Source: an uncultured Candidatus Saccharibacteria bacterium (lineage in GTDB: Bacteria; Patescibacteriota; Minisyncoccia; Phycocordibacterales; UBA6899). From it: a stretch of DNA of 64,000 nucleotides. The stretch spans positions 132,674-196,673 of the forward strand of contig CAYXYK010000003.1 of assembly GCA_964469335.1 (NCBI GenBank), read 5' to 3'. Shown here piece after piece: positions 7,762-15,870 of the stretch (within the stretch, counting starts at the first letter, position 1; each line of letters opens with the position of its first letter). A program made the translations under genes and the position numbers. Under the pieces are notes generated by a model. That model did not search any database. It was not told where the DNA came from and saw only the letters and a list, made by a program, of their open reading frames with translations.

Positions 7762-8148
7762 TCAGTGCCAGTAGAGAATGATGGTGGTCTGTGGCGGAAG
7801 TGCATCGAGGTACGCTTTGACGGCGCGGTGCTGCGGGTCGTCGTCGACCTTGAAGCGTTCGCCTTGGAGCTGCAGTGCGGTCACGAACGTGAGCGGCTCA
7901 CCGAATGTGCCGTCGACCTTGGTGTCTCTGCCGCCTTCTTCGTGGTCGACCCACAGACGGACACGGTCCGGCAGGAGCCAGGTGTCGACAGTAGGTGCCG
8001 GACAATCCTCGAAACGGCGCAACTGCGAAAAGATGCTGTAGGTGCCGGAGCTCCAGCCGAGGATGGTGCGCGGAACGATGCGGCCGCTCGTCTTGACGAG
8101 GCTTCTCATTCCTTCATCGATCGGGATCATGTTGAGGTCGATGGTCAT
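7762..8148 (-). CDS. hypothetical protein
   Basis: 128-aa ORF. Start, stop and frame were verified. Confidence 0.45.
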   Translation of the reverse strand: MTIDLNMIPIDEGMRSLVKTSGRIVPRTILGWSSGTYSIFSQLRRFEDCPAPTVDTWLLPDRVRLWVDHEEGGRDTKVDGTFGEPLTFVTALQLQGERFKVDDDPQHRAVKAYLDALPPQTTIILYWH

Positions 8149-8193
8149 TGGCTGCCTTTCAAAAGAGGTGAGAGGTCGAAACTTCTGCCCAAA

Positions 8194-8222
8194 ACTCTAC
8201 ATTTCAAACCCCCACCCGTCAA
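8194..8222 (-). promoter_or_regulatory. putative sigma70-type promoter for 7762..8148
   Basis: Minus strand: -35 TTGACG (8217-8222), 17-nt spacer, -10 TAGAGT (8194-8199). Confidence 0.3.
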
Positions 8223-8261
8223 CCTCCGCTTCTTCCATTCCGCGGTGTAGGATGATGAATC

Positions 8262-8960
8262 ATGGAGCATGAAATTGAAATCGAATTTATATATCGCAAA
8301 AGAAAATTATTAAATTTTTGGAAGGGAGATTTAATTCAAACTAAGCCTTTTGAAATTGGTTTCTTACTTAGAAATCGTGGGAATACTCCGCTGTTGGGCG
8401 CAACATTAAGTGGAATAAGATGGTCATCAGCAGCAGGTCAGCAAATGTTTTCTAGTATCGATAAAAGTTTTCATATTGACAGCCTGAACCCTGGAGAAGA
8501 AAGAAAGATATGGATAGAGAAAGCTGGAACATATGTCTACGGTCTCTGCCACATTGATCTCAACATTAGCTCTGACACGGTTGGACAGACAATTAAAACT
8601 TACCAAGTAAACCCATTTACAAAAGAAGTTACATTTTTTGGCACAAATGTTTGGTCAGATTTCTTTTTTATTCGGAACATAAATGAATATCAACAAGGCA
8701 TAACAAATTCATTTCTGTTTTATTTTTCAGTTATTACTGTCGTGCTTTCTATTCAGACTTGGAAACTAACTCAACTGCAAACGTACTACTCTGAAGTTCA
8801 AAGCAGAGCTGAGCGCATCCACCAGGCTCAAGCAGAAAGTAATGCAATCGAGTTATGCAAGCAAAATCCTGATCTAAATGACTCTGGGCTGAGCAATCTA
8901 CAAAGTGGTGCTTCAGTTTCATGTGCACAGGTGCGAGAAGTATATAAAGATAGATTCTGA
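8262..8960 (+). CDS. hypothetical protein encoded by a strongly AT-rich gene (compositional island)
   Basis: 232-aa ORF. The first 60 nt are about 23% GC against roughly 58% in the flanks. TGTAGGAT -10 box lies 8 nt before the ATG. One hydrophobic segment. Confidence 0.5.
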   Translation: MEHEIEIEFIYRKRKLLNFWKGDLIQTKPFEIGFLLRNRGNTPLLGATLSGIRWSSAAGQQMFSSIDKSFHIDSLNPGEERKIWIEKAGTYVYGLCHIDLNISSDTVGQTIKTYQVNPFTKEVTFFGTNVWSDFFFIRNINEYQQGITNSFLFYFSVITVVLSIQTWKLTQLQTYYSEVQSRAERIHQAQAESNAIELCKQNPDLNDSGLSNLQSGASVSCAQVREVYKDRF

Positions 8961-9112
8961 AATTTTTTAGTATACGTCAGCCTCGCGGGATTTGAGATGA
9001 GATGCGAGGAGCGGGCGAGTACGCGCCCGAGGCGTACGTGCTGGTACGGTGAGGGCGGGGCGGAGCCCGCGACAATGCAGGTCGCTCAAATCACGTGAGG
9101 TGTGAACAGGCG

Positions 9113-12100
9113 TTATTCTAACGCCTTCACTTTCTCCGCGATAACAGAGGGCGAATCATTCCGTCTCGAAAACTTCCCCTTAATCGCCACCATCTTATCC
9201 ACCACCAAAAACTCCTTCACCTCGGTGAAGGTGCGCGGGAACACCACAACTTCGATCGAGCCGGTGAAATCGGCCACCCGAAGGAACGCCATATGCTCGT
9301 TCTTTTTGGTGATCACCAGTTTGTGTTCTTCGATGATGCCGGCAAGGATCGTTGCCATGCCGTCACGGGTCTCTTCGTTCAGTTTCTTTATCGAACTACC
9401 ACTCTTCTCGATCTTCTCGCGGTGCTTCTCCAAGGGGTGCCCGGAAATATAGAGGCCGAGGAGTTCCTTCTCCCAGGCGAGCTTCGATTCTTGTGAGATC
9501 TCAGGAGCAGGGCGCATGCGTAGCGTCGGCATCGCGTGGGTGGTGCTCATCACGGAGAACAGCGACTCCTGATTGGAGGCTTTCTCGCGCGCATGTGCCT
9601 TGTGATACTCGAGTGCATCGTCGACATTGTGGAGGAGCACTCCGCGCTCTTCGCCCAAAGTATCGAAGCAGCCGGCGCGAATGAGCGACTCGAGTGACTT
9701 CTTGTTGAGGTCCTTGTGAGTGACACGCTCGAGGAATTCGGTGTAGCTCTTGTACGGACCATTCATATCTCGTTCCGCAATAATGGCATCACTTATCGCC
9801 TCACCCAAATTTTTAATTGTGTGTAGTCCAAAACGAATCTCATCTTTATTTACTGCTACGTCAGATTTGGATGAAGAGTGAGGCGCGGAGGAGGCGTCTT
9901 CGGGAGCTGTACGGGATGGTACTGCGACCGATGCGCCGACGCTTAGAGCGCAGCTATTCGCCAAATCTGGCTTAGCTTTGATGACGGTGAAGTCGGCTTG
10001 TGACTGATTGATGTCCGGAGGAAGCACATTAATCTTCATCCGCTTACACTCGGCGATCATCACCGCGATGGTGTCAGTGTCGCCACTTTCAGCCGTGAGG
10101 ACGGCGGTCATGTATTCGGCGGGGAAGTTGGCCTTCATGTATGCGGTCTGATAGGCGACGCGCCCATAGCAGGCGGCGTGCGCTTTGTTGAAACCGTACC
10201 CTTGGAACGGCTCGAAGAGTGCCCAAATAGCTTCAGCTTCTTCTTTCTTCATGCCGCTATGCGACTGACAGCCGTCGACGAAGATGACATGCTGCTTTGC
10301 CATTTCGGCGGGAATCTTCTTGCCGACCGCTTTGCGGAACTTGTCGACACCTTCCCAGTTGTATCCTGCGAGTTCGAGTGCGGTATAGAGGAGGTCGTCC
10401 TGATAGACGAGCACGCCGTAGCTCTTCGCGAGGAACGACTCTGCCTTGGGGTGGAAGTATTCGATCTTGCTGCGACCCTGCTTGCGCGCAATGTACTCGG
10501 GGATGTTGTTCATCGGACCCGGGCGATAGAGTGCGACCATCGCGTTGATGTCGTGGATGGTGGTCGGCTTGAGGTCGATCAAGTGTTTGGTCATGCCGGT
10601 ACCGTTCAATTGGAAGAGTCCTTCGGTCGCGCCGACGGCGAGCATCGCGAAGGTCTTCTTGTCGTCGAACGGAATCTTCTCGATCTCGATATCGATATTG
10701 CGATGCTCTTTCACCAGGCGTACCGCGTCACCGAGGATCGCGAGGTTTCGGATACCGAGGAAGTCGAGCTTGGTGAGGCCGACACCGTCTTCACCGACGG
10801 TGTACATGTCGTACTGGGTGATGAGCTTGCCACCCTTGGGGTCGAACTGGGTCGGCACGTATTCGATGAGGGGTTTCGGTGCGATCACCACACCCGCGGC
10901 ATGCACCGAGACATGGCGGACACATCCTTCGAGCTTCTTGGCGAGGTCGAGGATCTCGCGCGCCTCGGGGTCGGTGCCGTACATCTTCTTGAGGTCGGGT
11001 TCGAGGTCGAGCGCATGCTCGATGGTCATCGGGAATCCTTGCGAACCCATCGGGATGAGTTTCGAGATCTTGTCGCCGACGTCGTAGGGTTTGCCGAGCG
11101 CACGTGCGACGTCGCGCACCGAGCCGCGCGCCATCATGGTTCCGAAGGTACCGATCTGTGCGACCTTGTCTGCGCCGTACTTTCTTTTCGCGTACTCGAT
11201 CACTTCTTCGCGGCGGTTATCGGCGAAGTCCATATCGATATCGGGAGCGGACGGGCGGAACGGATTGAGGAAGCGCTCGAACGGCAGCTGGAATTCGATC
11301 GGGTCGACGTTGGTGATCCCCGAGAGGTACGCGACGTGCGAACCTGCCGCCGAACCACGCACGGTGGTGTAGATGCCGGCTTCGCGGGCAAAGCGCAAGA
11401 GGTCAGCGACCACGAGGAAGTACGGCGCGTAGTTCTTGTTCTTGATCACCTCGAGTTCGTACTTGCGGCGCTCCTCGGAGACCGTGTCGTTCGAGAGGCC
11501 GCGCTCCTTGGCGCCCTTCTGAGTGAGTTCGTCCAGCATCTGGTCCGCGGTCTTGCCGGGTTCGAGCGCGAAGTCAGGGAAGATGAATTTGCCGAGCGTG
11601 AGTTCGACGTTGCACTCTGCGGCGATCTTCGCGGTGTTGTATACCGCGTCAGGAGTCTTGGGGAAGAGGGCGAGCGCCTCTTTGGTCGAGATGAAGCTCG
11701 CGTCGAATTCGAACTTCATACCGTCGTCGACTCCGCCCACGCCGCCGGTCTGGATGCCAAGGAGGGTCTCGTGTGCTTTCTTGTCTTCCTTGTGGAGGTA
11801 GTGCGAGTCGTGGGTCGCGACGAGGGGAATATCGAGTTCGCGCGCGAGTGCGACCAGTGCGTCTTCGACCTCGTCATGTCCCTCGATCTCGGGCTTGTGC
11901 ATGATCTCGATGTAGTAGTTCTCCTTGCCGAAGATCTCCTGATACTCGAGTGCGATCGCGACCGCGCGGTCGTGGTCGCGACTACGCAGCGCTCGCGACA
12001 GCTCTCCGCCGAAACAGCCCGAGAGTGCGATCACGCCTTCCGAATACATCCGTAGCAAGTCTTTGTCGACGCGCGGTTTGTAGTAGTAGCCCTCGAGGTG

Positions 12101-12439
12101 CGCTTTGGTCACCAGCGAGATGAGGTTCTGGTAGCCTTTATTGTTCTTCGCGAGGAGGGTGAGGTGGTAGATCTTGTTGTCGATACCCGGCTCTTTGTCG
12201 TGGCGGGTGCGGAAGGCGACATAGGTCTCGACCCCGAGAATGGGCTTCACTCCGGCCTTCACCGCGGTCTGATAGAAGTCGATCGCGCCGTACATCGCGC
12301 CGTGGTCGGTGAGTGCGACCGCGGGCATATTGTGCTCCTTCGCGAGCGCGATCATCTTGTCGACTTTCGAGAGTCCGTCGAGGAGGGAATAGTGCGAGTG
12401 GGTGTGCAGGTGTACGAAGTGGACGGGTTCCTTTTCCAT
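9113..12439 (-). CDS. dnaE: DNA polymerase III alpha subunit
   Basis: PHP-domain N-terminus (HLHTHSHYSLLDG) and polymerase core motifs. Met at 12439 (MEKEPVHFVHLHTHS) is the likely start. Confidence 0.9.
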   Translation of the reverse strand: MEKEPVHFVHLHTHSHYSLLDGLSKVDKMIALAKEHNMPAVALTDHGAMYGAIDFYQTAVKAGVKPILGVETYVAFRTRHDKEPGIDNKIYHLTLLAKNNKGYQNLISLVTKAHLEGYYYKPRVDKDLLRMYSEGVIALSGCFGGELSRALRSRDHDRAVAIALEYQEIFGKENYYIEIMHKPEIEGHDEVEDALVALARELDIPLVATHDSHYLHKEDKKAHETLLGIQTGGVGGVDDGMKFEFDASFISTKEALALFPKTPDAVYNTAKIAAECNVELTLGKFIFPDFALEPGKTADQMLDELTQKGAKERGLSNDTVSEERRKYELEVIKNKNYAPYFLVVADLLRFAREAGIYTTVRGSAAGSHVAYLSGITNVDPIEFQLPFERFLNPFRPSAPDIDMDFADNRREEVIEYAKRKYGADKVAQIGTFGTMMARGSVRDVARALGKPYDVGDKISKLIPMGSQGFPMTIEHALDLEPDLKKMYGTDPEAREILDLAKKLEGCVRHVSVHAAGVVIAPKPLIEYVPTQFDPKGGKLITQYDMYTVGEDGVGLTKLDFLGIRNLAILGDAVRLVKEHRNIDIEIEKIPFDDKKTFAMLAVGATEGLFQLNGTGMTKHLIDLKPTTIHDINAMVALYRPGPMNNIPEYIARKQGRSKIEYFHPKAESFLAKSYGVLVYQDDLLYTALELAGYNWEGVDKFRKAVGKKIPAEMAKQHVIFVDGCQSHSGMKKEEAEAIWALFEPFQGYGFNKAHAACYGRVAYQTAYMKANFPAEYMTAVLTAESGDTDTIAVMIAECKRMKINVLPPDINQSQADFTVIKAKPDLANSCALSVGASVAVPSRTAPEDASSAPHSSSKSDVAVNKDEIRFGLHTIKNLGEAISDAIIAERDMNGPYKSYTEFLERVTHKDLNKKSLESLIRAGCFDTLGEERGVLLHNVDDALEYHKAHAREKASNQESLFSVMSTTHAMPTLRMRPAPEISQESKLAWEKELLGLYISGHPLEKHREKIEKSGSSIKKLNEETRDGMATILAGIIEEHKLVITKKNEHMAFLRVADFTGSIEVVVFPRTFTEVKEFLVVDKMVAIKGKFSRRNDSPSVIAEKVKALE

Positions 12440-12445
12440 GCGCCA

Positions 12446-12451
12446 ATTATA
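12446..12451 (-). promoter_or_regulatory. -10 box TATAAT 6 nt upstream of the dnaE ATG (leaderless)
   Basis: Minus strand reads gctATAATtggcgcATG. Confidence 0.3.
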
Positions 12452-12463
12452 GCCTAGATAGAT

Positions 12464-12472
12464 TATCCACAC
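12464..12472. promoter_or_regulatory. perfect DnaA-box 9-mer TTATCCACA upstream of the dnaE promoter
   Basis: Exact consensus match. A 6-2-6 palindrome ATTGTGccCACAAT (12495-12508) lies nearby. Confidence 0.3.
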
Positions 12473-12529
12473 GTATTGCCGAGGGGTGGTATCTATTGTG
12501 CCCACAATCTCGCATCATAGATACAAAAA

Positions 12530-12552
12530 ACCCGCCGGTGGGCGGGTTTTCT
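12530..12552. terminator. intrinsic terminator (bidirectional) for 12579..13160
   Basis: Hairpin ACCCGCC-ggtg-GGCGGGT flanked by an A-run and a T-run. Confidence 0.5.
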
Positions 12553-12578
12553 CTCATACGAATGACTCGAATGATGGA

Positions 12579-13160
12579 TCAGGTGACGCGCACAACAATC
12601 GACATGACGATGAGTGCGCCGCCGAATTCGACGGCACGCTTGATGTCCGAGAACGGGCTGTCGATGTATTCCGGGCCTTCTGTTTTCTGTTGTCGTAACA
12701 CTGACACAACTCCCTCGATGACGAGATATAGAAAGAAGAAAGCGAGGAGGGCCCCTTGAGGCTTCACCAGGTCGGGGAACAGCCCGCCGAGGAGTCCAAG
12801 TGTGAAGCCGAACTGCGCTTCACTCCGAAGTTTTTCCATGCTCGGGAGCGTGAGATGCATGACCCGAGGCTGACCGCGTTGAGTTGGGTAGTAGGAGAGC
12901 CGCGAGCGATTCTCCGACTGCGCGAGTGCCGGACAGCGCGCGAGCAGGAACGGGCCGATCAGGCGCTGCCAGGTTTGCCCTGCGATGATGGGGAAGCTGA
13001 ACGACAGGATCGCCGACCATGCGACGCACATCCATGAGTTCAGAATGGCGATCGCAATCACCGCAATCGGGTCGACGAGTGCGCTCGCCGCTGCGGGTGA
13101 CGCGACGGGTGCGAGTAGGGCATTGTCCACGTGTGACTCCTCGATAGTGTTGATGAACAA
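12579..13160 (-). CDS. integral membrane protein, function unknown
   Basis: 193-aa ORF with several hydrophobic helices. Confidence 0.5.
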   Translation of the reverse strand: MFINTIEESHVDNALLAPVASPAAASALVDPIAVIAIAILNSWMCVAWSAILSFSFPIIAGQTWQRLIGPFLLARCPALAQSENRSRLSYYPTQRGQPRVMHLTLPSMEKLRSEAQFGFTLGLLGGLFPDLVKPQGALLAFFFLYLVIEGVVSVLRQQKTEGPEYIDSPFSDIKRAVEFGGALIVMSIVVRVT

Positions 13161-13355
13161 GTGAAACCGCTTTTTTCAAACTACTATACGAATGAAAAAT
13201 GTCTACAGTGTTCGTATTTAACTGCTCAGTAAAGCCACCGAAGGGGGATTGACGGATATCATTTTTCATGATAGAGTATTCACAGCTGAGCCGTCAAAAA
13301 CCAAGCTCATGCTCCTCGTCATTGTTTCTGCAACAACCCCCTGAAGGAGTTCTCC

Positions 13356-14279
13356 ATGGCCAAGACCCAATCGCAACGCCAACCCCTCGCCCTCCTGCTC
13401 GCGGTCATCCCGCCGCTGCCGGAGCCGATGTCCATCAACTTCCGCGAGTACTACGACCCGGCCGCCGACTGCCTGTCGTTCATCACCATGACCCGGCCGC
13501 AGCGCGCGCACGAGAACGCGGGACACAACCCGCTCGCGGTCTGGGTGACCGACAACGGCCGCCCCATCACCGTGTGGGAACGCGAGTGGAACGGCGGCAT
13601 CCCGTACCTGTGCGAGATCCCCGCCGGCGTCGAACGCGAACTCGTGATCGCCGTCATGGGCGAGGACAACGACCTGATCGACGTCATCGCCATCCGTGAC
13701 CGCCTCCTCGACAAGGAGCGCGACACCGGTGCGATGCTCGCCACCAAGGCCGCCACCCAGAAGGCGATGGGCGCCACGCGCTTCTGGCGCAACCGGCATG
13801 AAGAGCAGTTCGAGGCACACGCCGTCGATCTGCTGGCCGCGAAGTCCACCGCCTCGGCGGCACACGCCACCGAGTCGGTCATCGAGGTCCTGACCCCGAC
13901 TGCCGCCGCGGCACCCGTGAGGGCCCCGCAACCGGCACCCGCCGCCAAGAAGGAAGTCGCCGCTCCGTCCACGCCGAAGCCGGTCGACCCCGCCGCCCTT
14001 GCCCGCCGCGCCGCGCTCACCGAGCGTCCGGCCAGCACGGTCTACGACATCAAGTCGGGCGCCGAGCTGGTCGGCATCCCGGTCCGCACGAAGGAGTTCA
14101 ACTTCCTCACCGTCGGCACGGCGTACGTCGAGCTGTCCAACAAGGGGCGTCCGAAGGCCCACTTCGTCTGCGTGCGTACCGAAGGCTGCCCGTACGACGA
14201 GCACACCGAGGTGACCGACATCGCGCCGGCCCGCGCCGCCGCCGAAGGCACCGGCGCCCAGCCCGGCATGTTGCACTGA
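13356..14279 (+). CDS. hypothetical protein encoded by a very GC-rich gene (compositional island)
   Basis: 307-aa ORF. SD AAGGAG lies 8 nt before the ATG and a TTGACG/TAGAGT promoter lies upstream. The region is about 70% GC and has long antisense ORFs typical of a GC-rich coding region. Confidence 0.5.
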   Translation: MAKTQSQRQPLALLLAVIPPLPEPMSINFREYYDPAADCLSFITMTRPQRAHENAGHNPLAVWVTDNGRPITVWEREWNGGIPYLCEIPAGVERELVIAVMGEDNDLIDVIAIRDRLLDKERDTGAMLATKAATQKAMGATRFWRNRHEEQFEAHAVDLLAAKSTASAAHATESVIEVLTPTAAAAPVRAPQPAPAAKKEVAAPSTPKPVDPAALARRAALTERPASTVYDIKSGAELVGIPVRTKEFNFLTVGTAYVELSNKGRPKAHFVCVRTEGCPYDEHTEVTDIAPARAAAEGTGAQPGMLH

Positions 14280-14305
14280 TCTTTCCACCCAGGCCTTTTG
14301 GCCGA

Positions 14306-14328
14306 CCGCCCCTCGGGGCGGTTTTTTC
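14306..14328 (+). terminator. intrinsic terminator
   Basis: Hairpin CCGCCCC-tc-GGGGCGG followed by T6. Confidence 0.6.
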
Positions 14329-14357
14329 TTGTTGGTAATTCCATAAATGACAAACTT

Positions 14358-14425
14358 TTTCGTTGTGGGTCCCTGTCGCCTCATCACCATACTCCGAGTA
14401 TGGCTCTTTCGGCGACCACCCACGC
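14358..14425 (+). repeat. extended palindromic intergenic element (copy R1 of the recurrent family)
   Basis: Inner hairpin CCATAC-tccga-GTATGG is nested in outer stems GTGGGT..GTCGCC / GGCGAC..ACCCAC. Its 5' flank resembles copy R6. Confidence 0.4.
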
Positions 14426-14478
14426 CTCAAATTTTGTACATTTCTGAAATTCCACAGCAGGAACTGTGACAGAGAAAA

Positions 14479-14507
14479 TTGACAAACACAGATTTATTAA
14501 GCAATAT
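14479..14507 (+). promoter_or_regulatory. sigma70-type promoter TTGACA-N17-CAATAT
   Basis: Consensus -35 box. AGGAGG lies 6 nt before the ATG at 14552. Confidence 0.35.
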
Positions 14508-14551
14508 GCGAAATAGAAGCTTTTTTCTGGAACAACAATAGGAGGCGCCAC

Positions 14552-15157
14552 ATGGGCCAACTTTTCACTTTCACCGGCTACGCCGAATCAGGGGTGATGA
14601 CCGTCATCCGGCGTTTCTGCAAGGTGCACCCCGAAGCGGTGATCATCAAGAGTACGACCACCAAGGCGCCGACCAGTTCGGATATCCCTGGCATGTACGA
14701 ATATGTCACCGAGCTGGCGTTCACCACCCTCGAATGGCTGGGCAAACTCTCGTGGGGGATCCTCTATCGTGGTTGGCGTGACGATTCGGCTCGCTATGGC
14801 ACCACTCGCAAAGCGCTCGCCGACATCGACAAGGTCATCGCGACAGAGGGTGCCATCGGCATCATGCATCTTTCGCCCGAAGGCGTTGAGAAACTGCGCG
14901 AGTATCTCGTCGCAAAGAAATGTGAGGATGCGCACGTGCCGATCTTCCTTTCACCACCACCTGAGCACATCCACCGCACCCGACTCATGAGCCGCGGTGC
15001 AAGCCCTCTCGCCATCACCCGCGCGCTCCACAAGGGCGCCGAGTGGAAAGACCTCGCCGAGAAGGCAAAAAATGAGGGGAAGGTGCCGTATCACTTCATC
15101 CCCAATTCCAGTTCAGTCAAACGCACAATAAGAGCGGTGCGTCAGTTCCTTGTTTGA
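14552..15157 (+). CDS. guanylate kinase-like protein with degenerate P-loop (probable pseudoenzyme)
   Basis: Segments align to the guanylate kinase (Gmk) regions TTR.P...YhF and PPS..L..RL.GRG, but Walker A GPSGVGKST is replaced by [10 protein letters not shown]. Confidence 0.5.
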   Translation: [201 protein letters not shown]

Positions 15158-15168
15158 TCAATTCAATG

Positions 15169-15200
15169 GCGGCCTGCATTTGCAGGCCGTTTTCTTTTTA
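15169..15200 (+). terminator. intrinsic terminator
   Basis: Hairpin GGCCTGCA/TGCAGGCC followed by a T-rich tract. Confidence 0.5.
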
Positions 15201-15223
15201 TCAAAGTCCTACATAATGAAGGA

Positions 15224-15811
15224 ATGAAACGTGCGCGATACATCATTGGAATAGACGAAGTCGGTCGTGGGCCCTTAGCCGGTCCCGTCGCAGTCGGTGC
15301 GGTCGCTGCAACCCCAAGGGTGCTGAAAAAATTTCGCACCATCAAAGAGTCCAAGCAACTCAGCGAAGCGAAGAGAGAAGAGTGGAATAAAAGAATGCAT
15401 GATCTCGCATCGCCCGACCTGCGTCTTGCCGTGTCGATGGTATCGGCGAAAGAGATCGACCGCATCGGTATCGCCCCCGCGATCCGGAAAGCGCTTGCCG
15501 CTTCACTCAAGAAACTTTCGATCGACCCGGATGCATGCGAGGTGCTACTCGACGGGGGACTCAAGGCTCCTCCCGAGTACATGAAGCAAAAGACCATCAT
15601 CCGTGGTGACGCATCCGAGACTGTTATCGCGATGGCGTCGGTGATCGCCAAGGTCAAGCGTGACCGATTGATGGTTGCACTCGATAAATCCCATCCGCTC
15701 TACGGTTTCGCCCGCCACAAAGGCTACGGCACTCGCACACATATGGCGGCACTCCGGAAACACGGCTTCACCGAGCTCCACCGAACGTCGTTCTGCTCCT
15801 TTCTCTCATAG
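15224..15811 (+). CDS. rnhB: ribonuclease HII
   Basis: Motif GIDEVGRGPLAGPVV and the RNase HII fold pattern. Confidence 0.8.
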   Translation: MKRARYIIGIDEVGRGPLAGPVAVGAVAATPRVLKKFRTIKESKQLSEAKREEWNKRMHDLASPDLRLAVSMVSAKEIDRIGIAPAIRKALAASLKKLSIDPDACEVLLDGGLKAPPEYMKQKTIIRGDASETVIAMASVIAKVKRDRLMVALDKSHPLYGFARHKGYGTRTHMAALRKHGFTELHRTSFCSFLS

Positions 15812-15870
15812 CTTGACCTTGTGTTCGGGAAGCGTAATGTAAGAACAGAACTATTAGGAGGTACGTTACT

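Noticed and set aside
3876-8225. Recurring 10-mer CCGTCAA(T/C)CT at 3876, 5996 and 8216 as a transcription-factor site
   Set aside because: On the opposite strand it reads AG(A/G)TTGACGG, which is a -35 box. It has correctly spaced TAGAGT, TAGTTT or TATTTT -10 elements for the divergent minus-strand genes, and is therefore explained as ordinary promoters.
8961-9112. Additional R-family copy between the AT-rich gene and dnaE
   Set aside because: It contains GTAC-core hairpins (GTACGC-gcccgag-GCGTAC) and a CCTCGC/GCGAGG inverted repeat. It lacks the terminal inverted repeats and shared boxes, so it is kept only as a possible degenerate relative.
10178-12055. 625-aa ORF on the + strand inside the dnaE region
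   Set aside because: It is antisense to the well-supported dnaE gene. Its composition is low-complexity and Arg/Val/Asp-rich, typical of a spurious ORF opposite a GC-rich gene.
13266-14423. 385-aa minus-strand ORF covering the GC-rich island
   Set aside because: Gly/Arg/Ala-rich nonsense produced by about 70% GC. The + strand gene 13356..14279 has SD, promoter and terminator.
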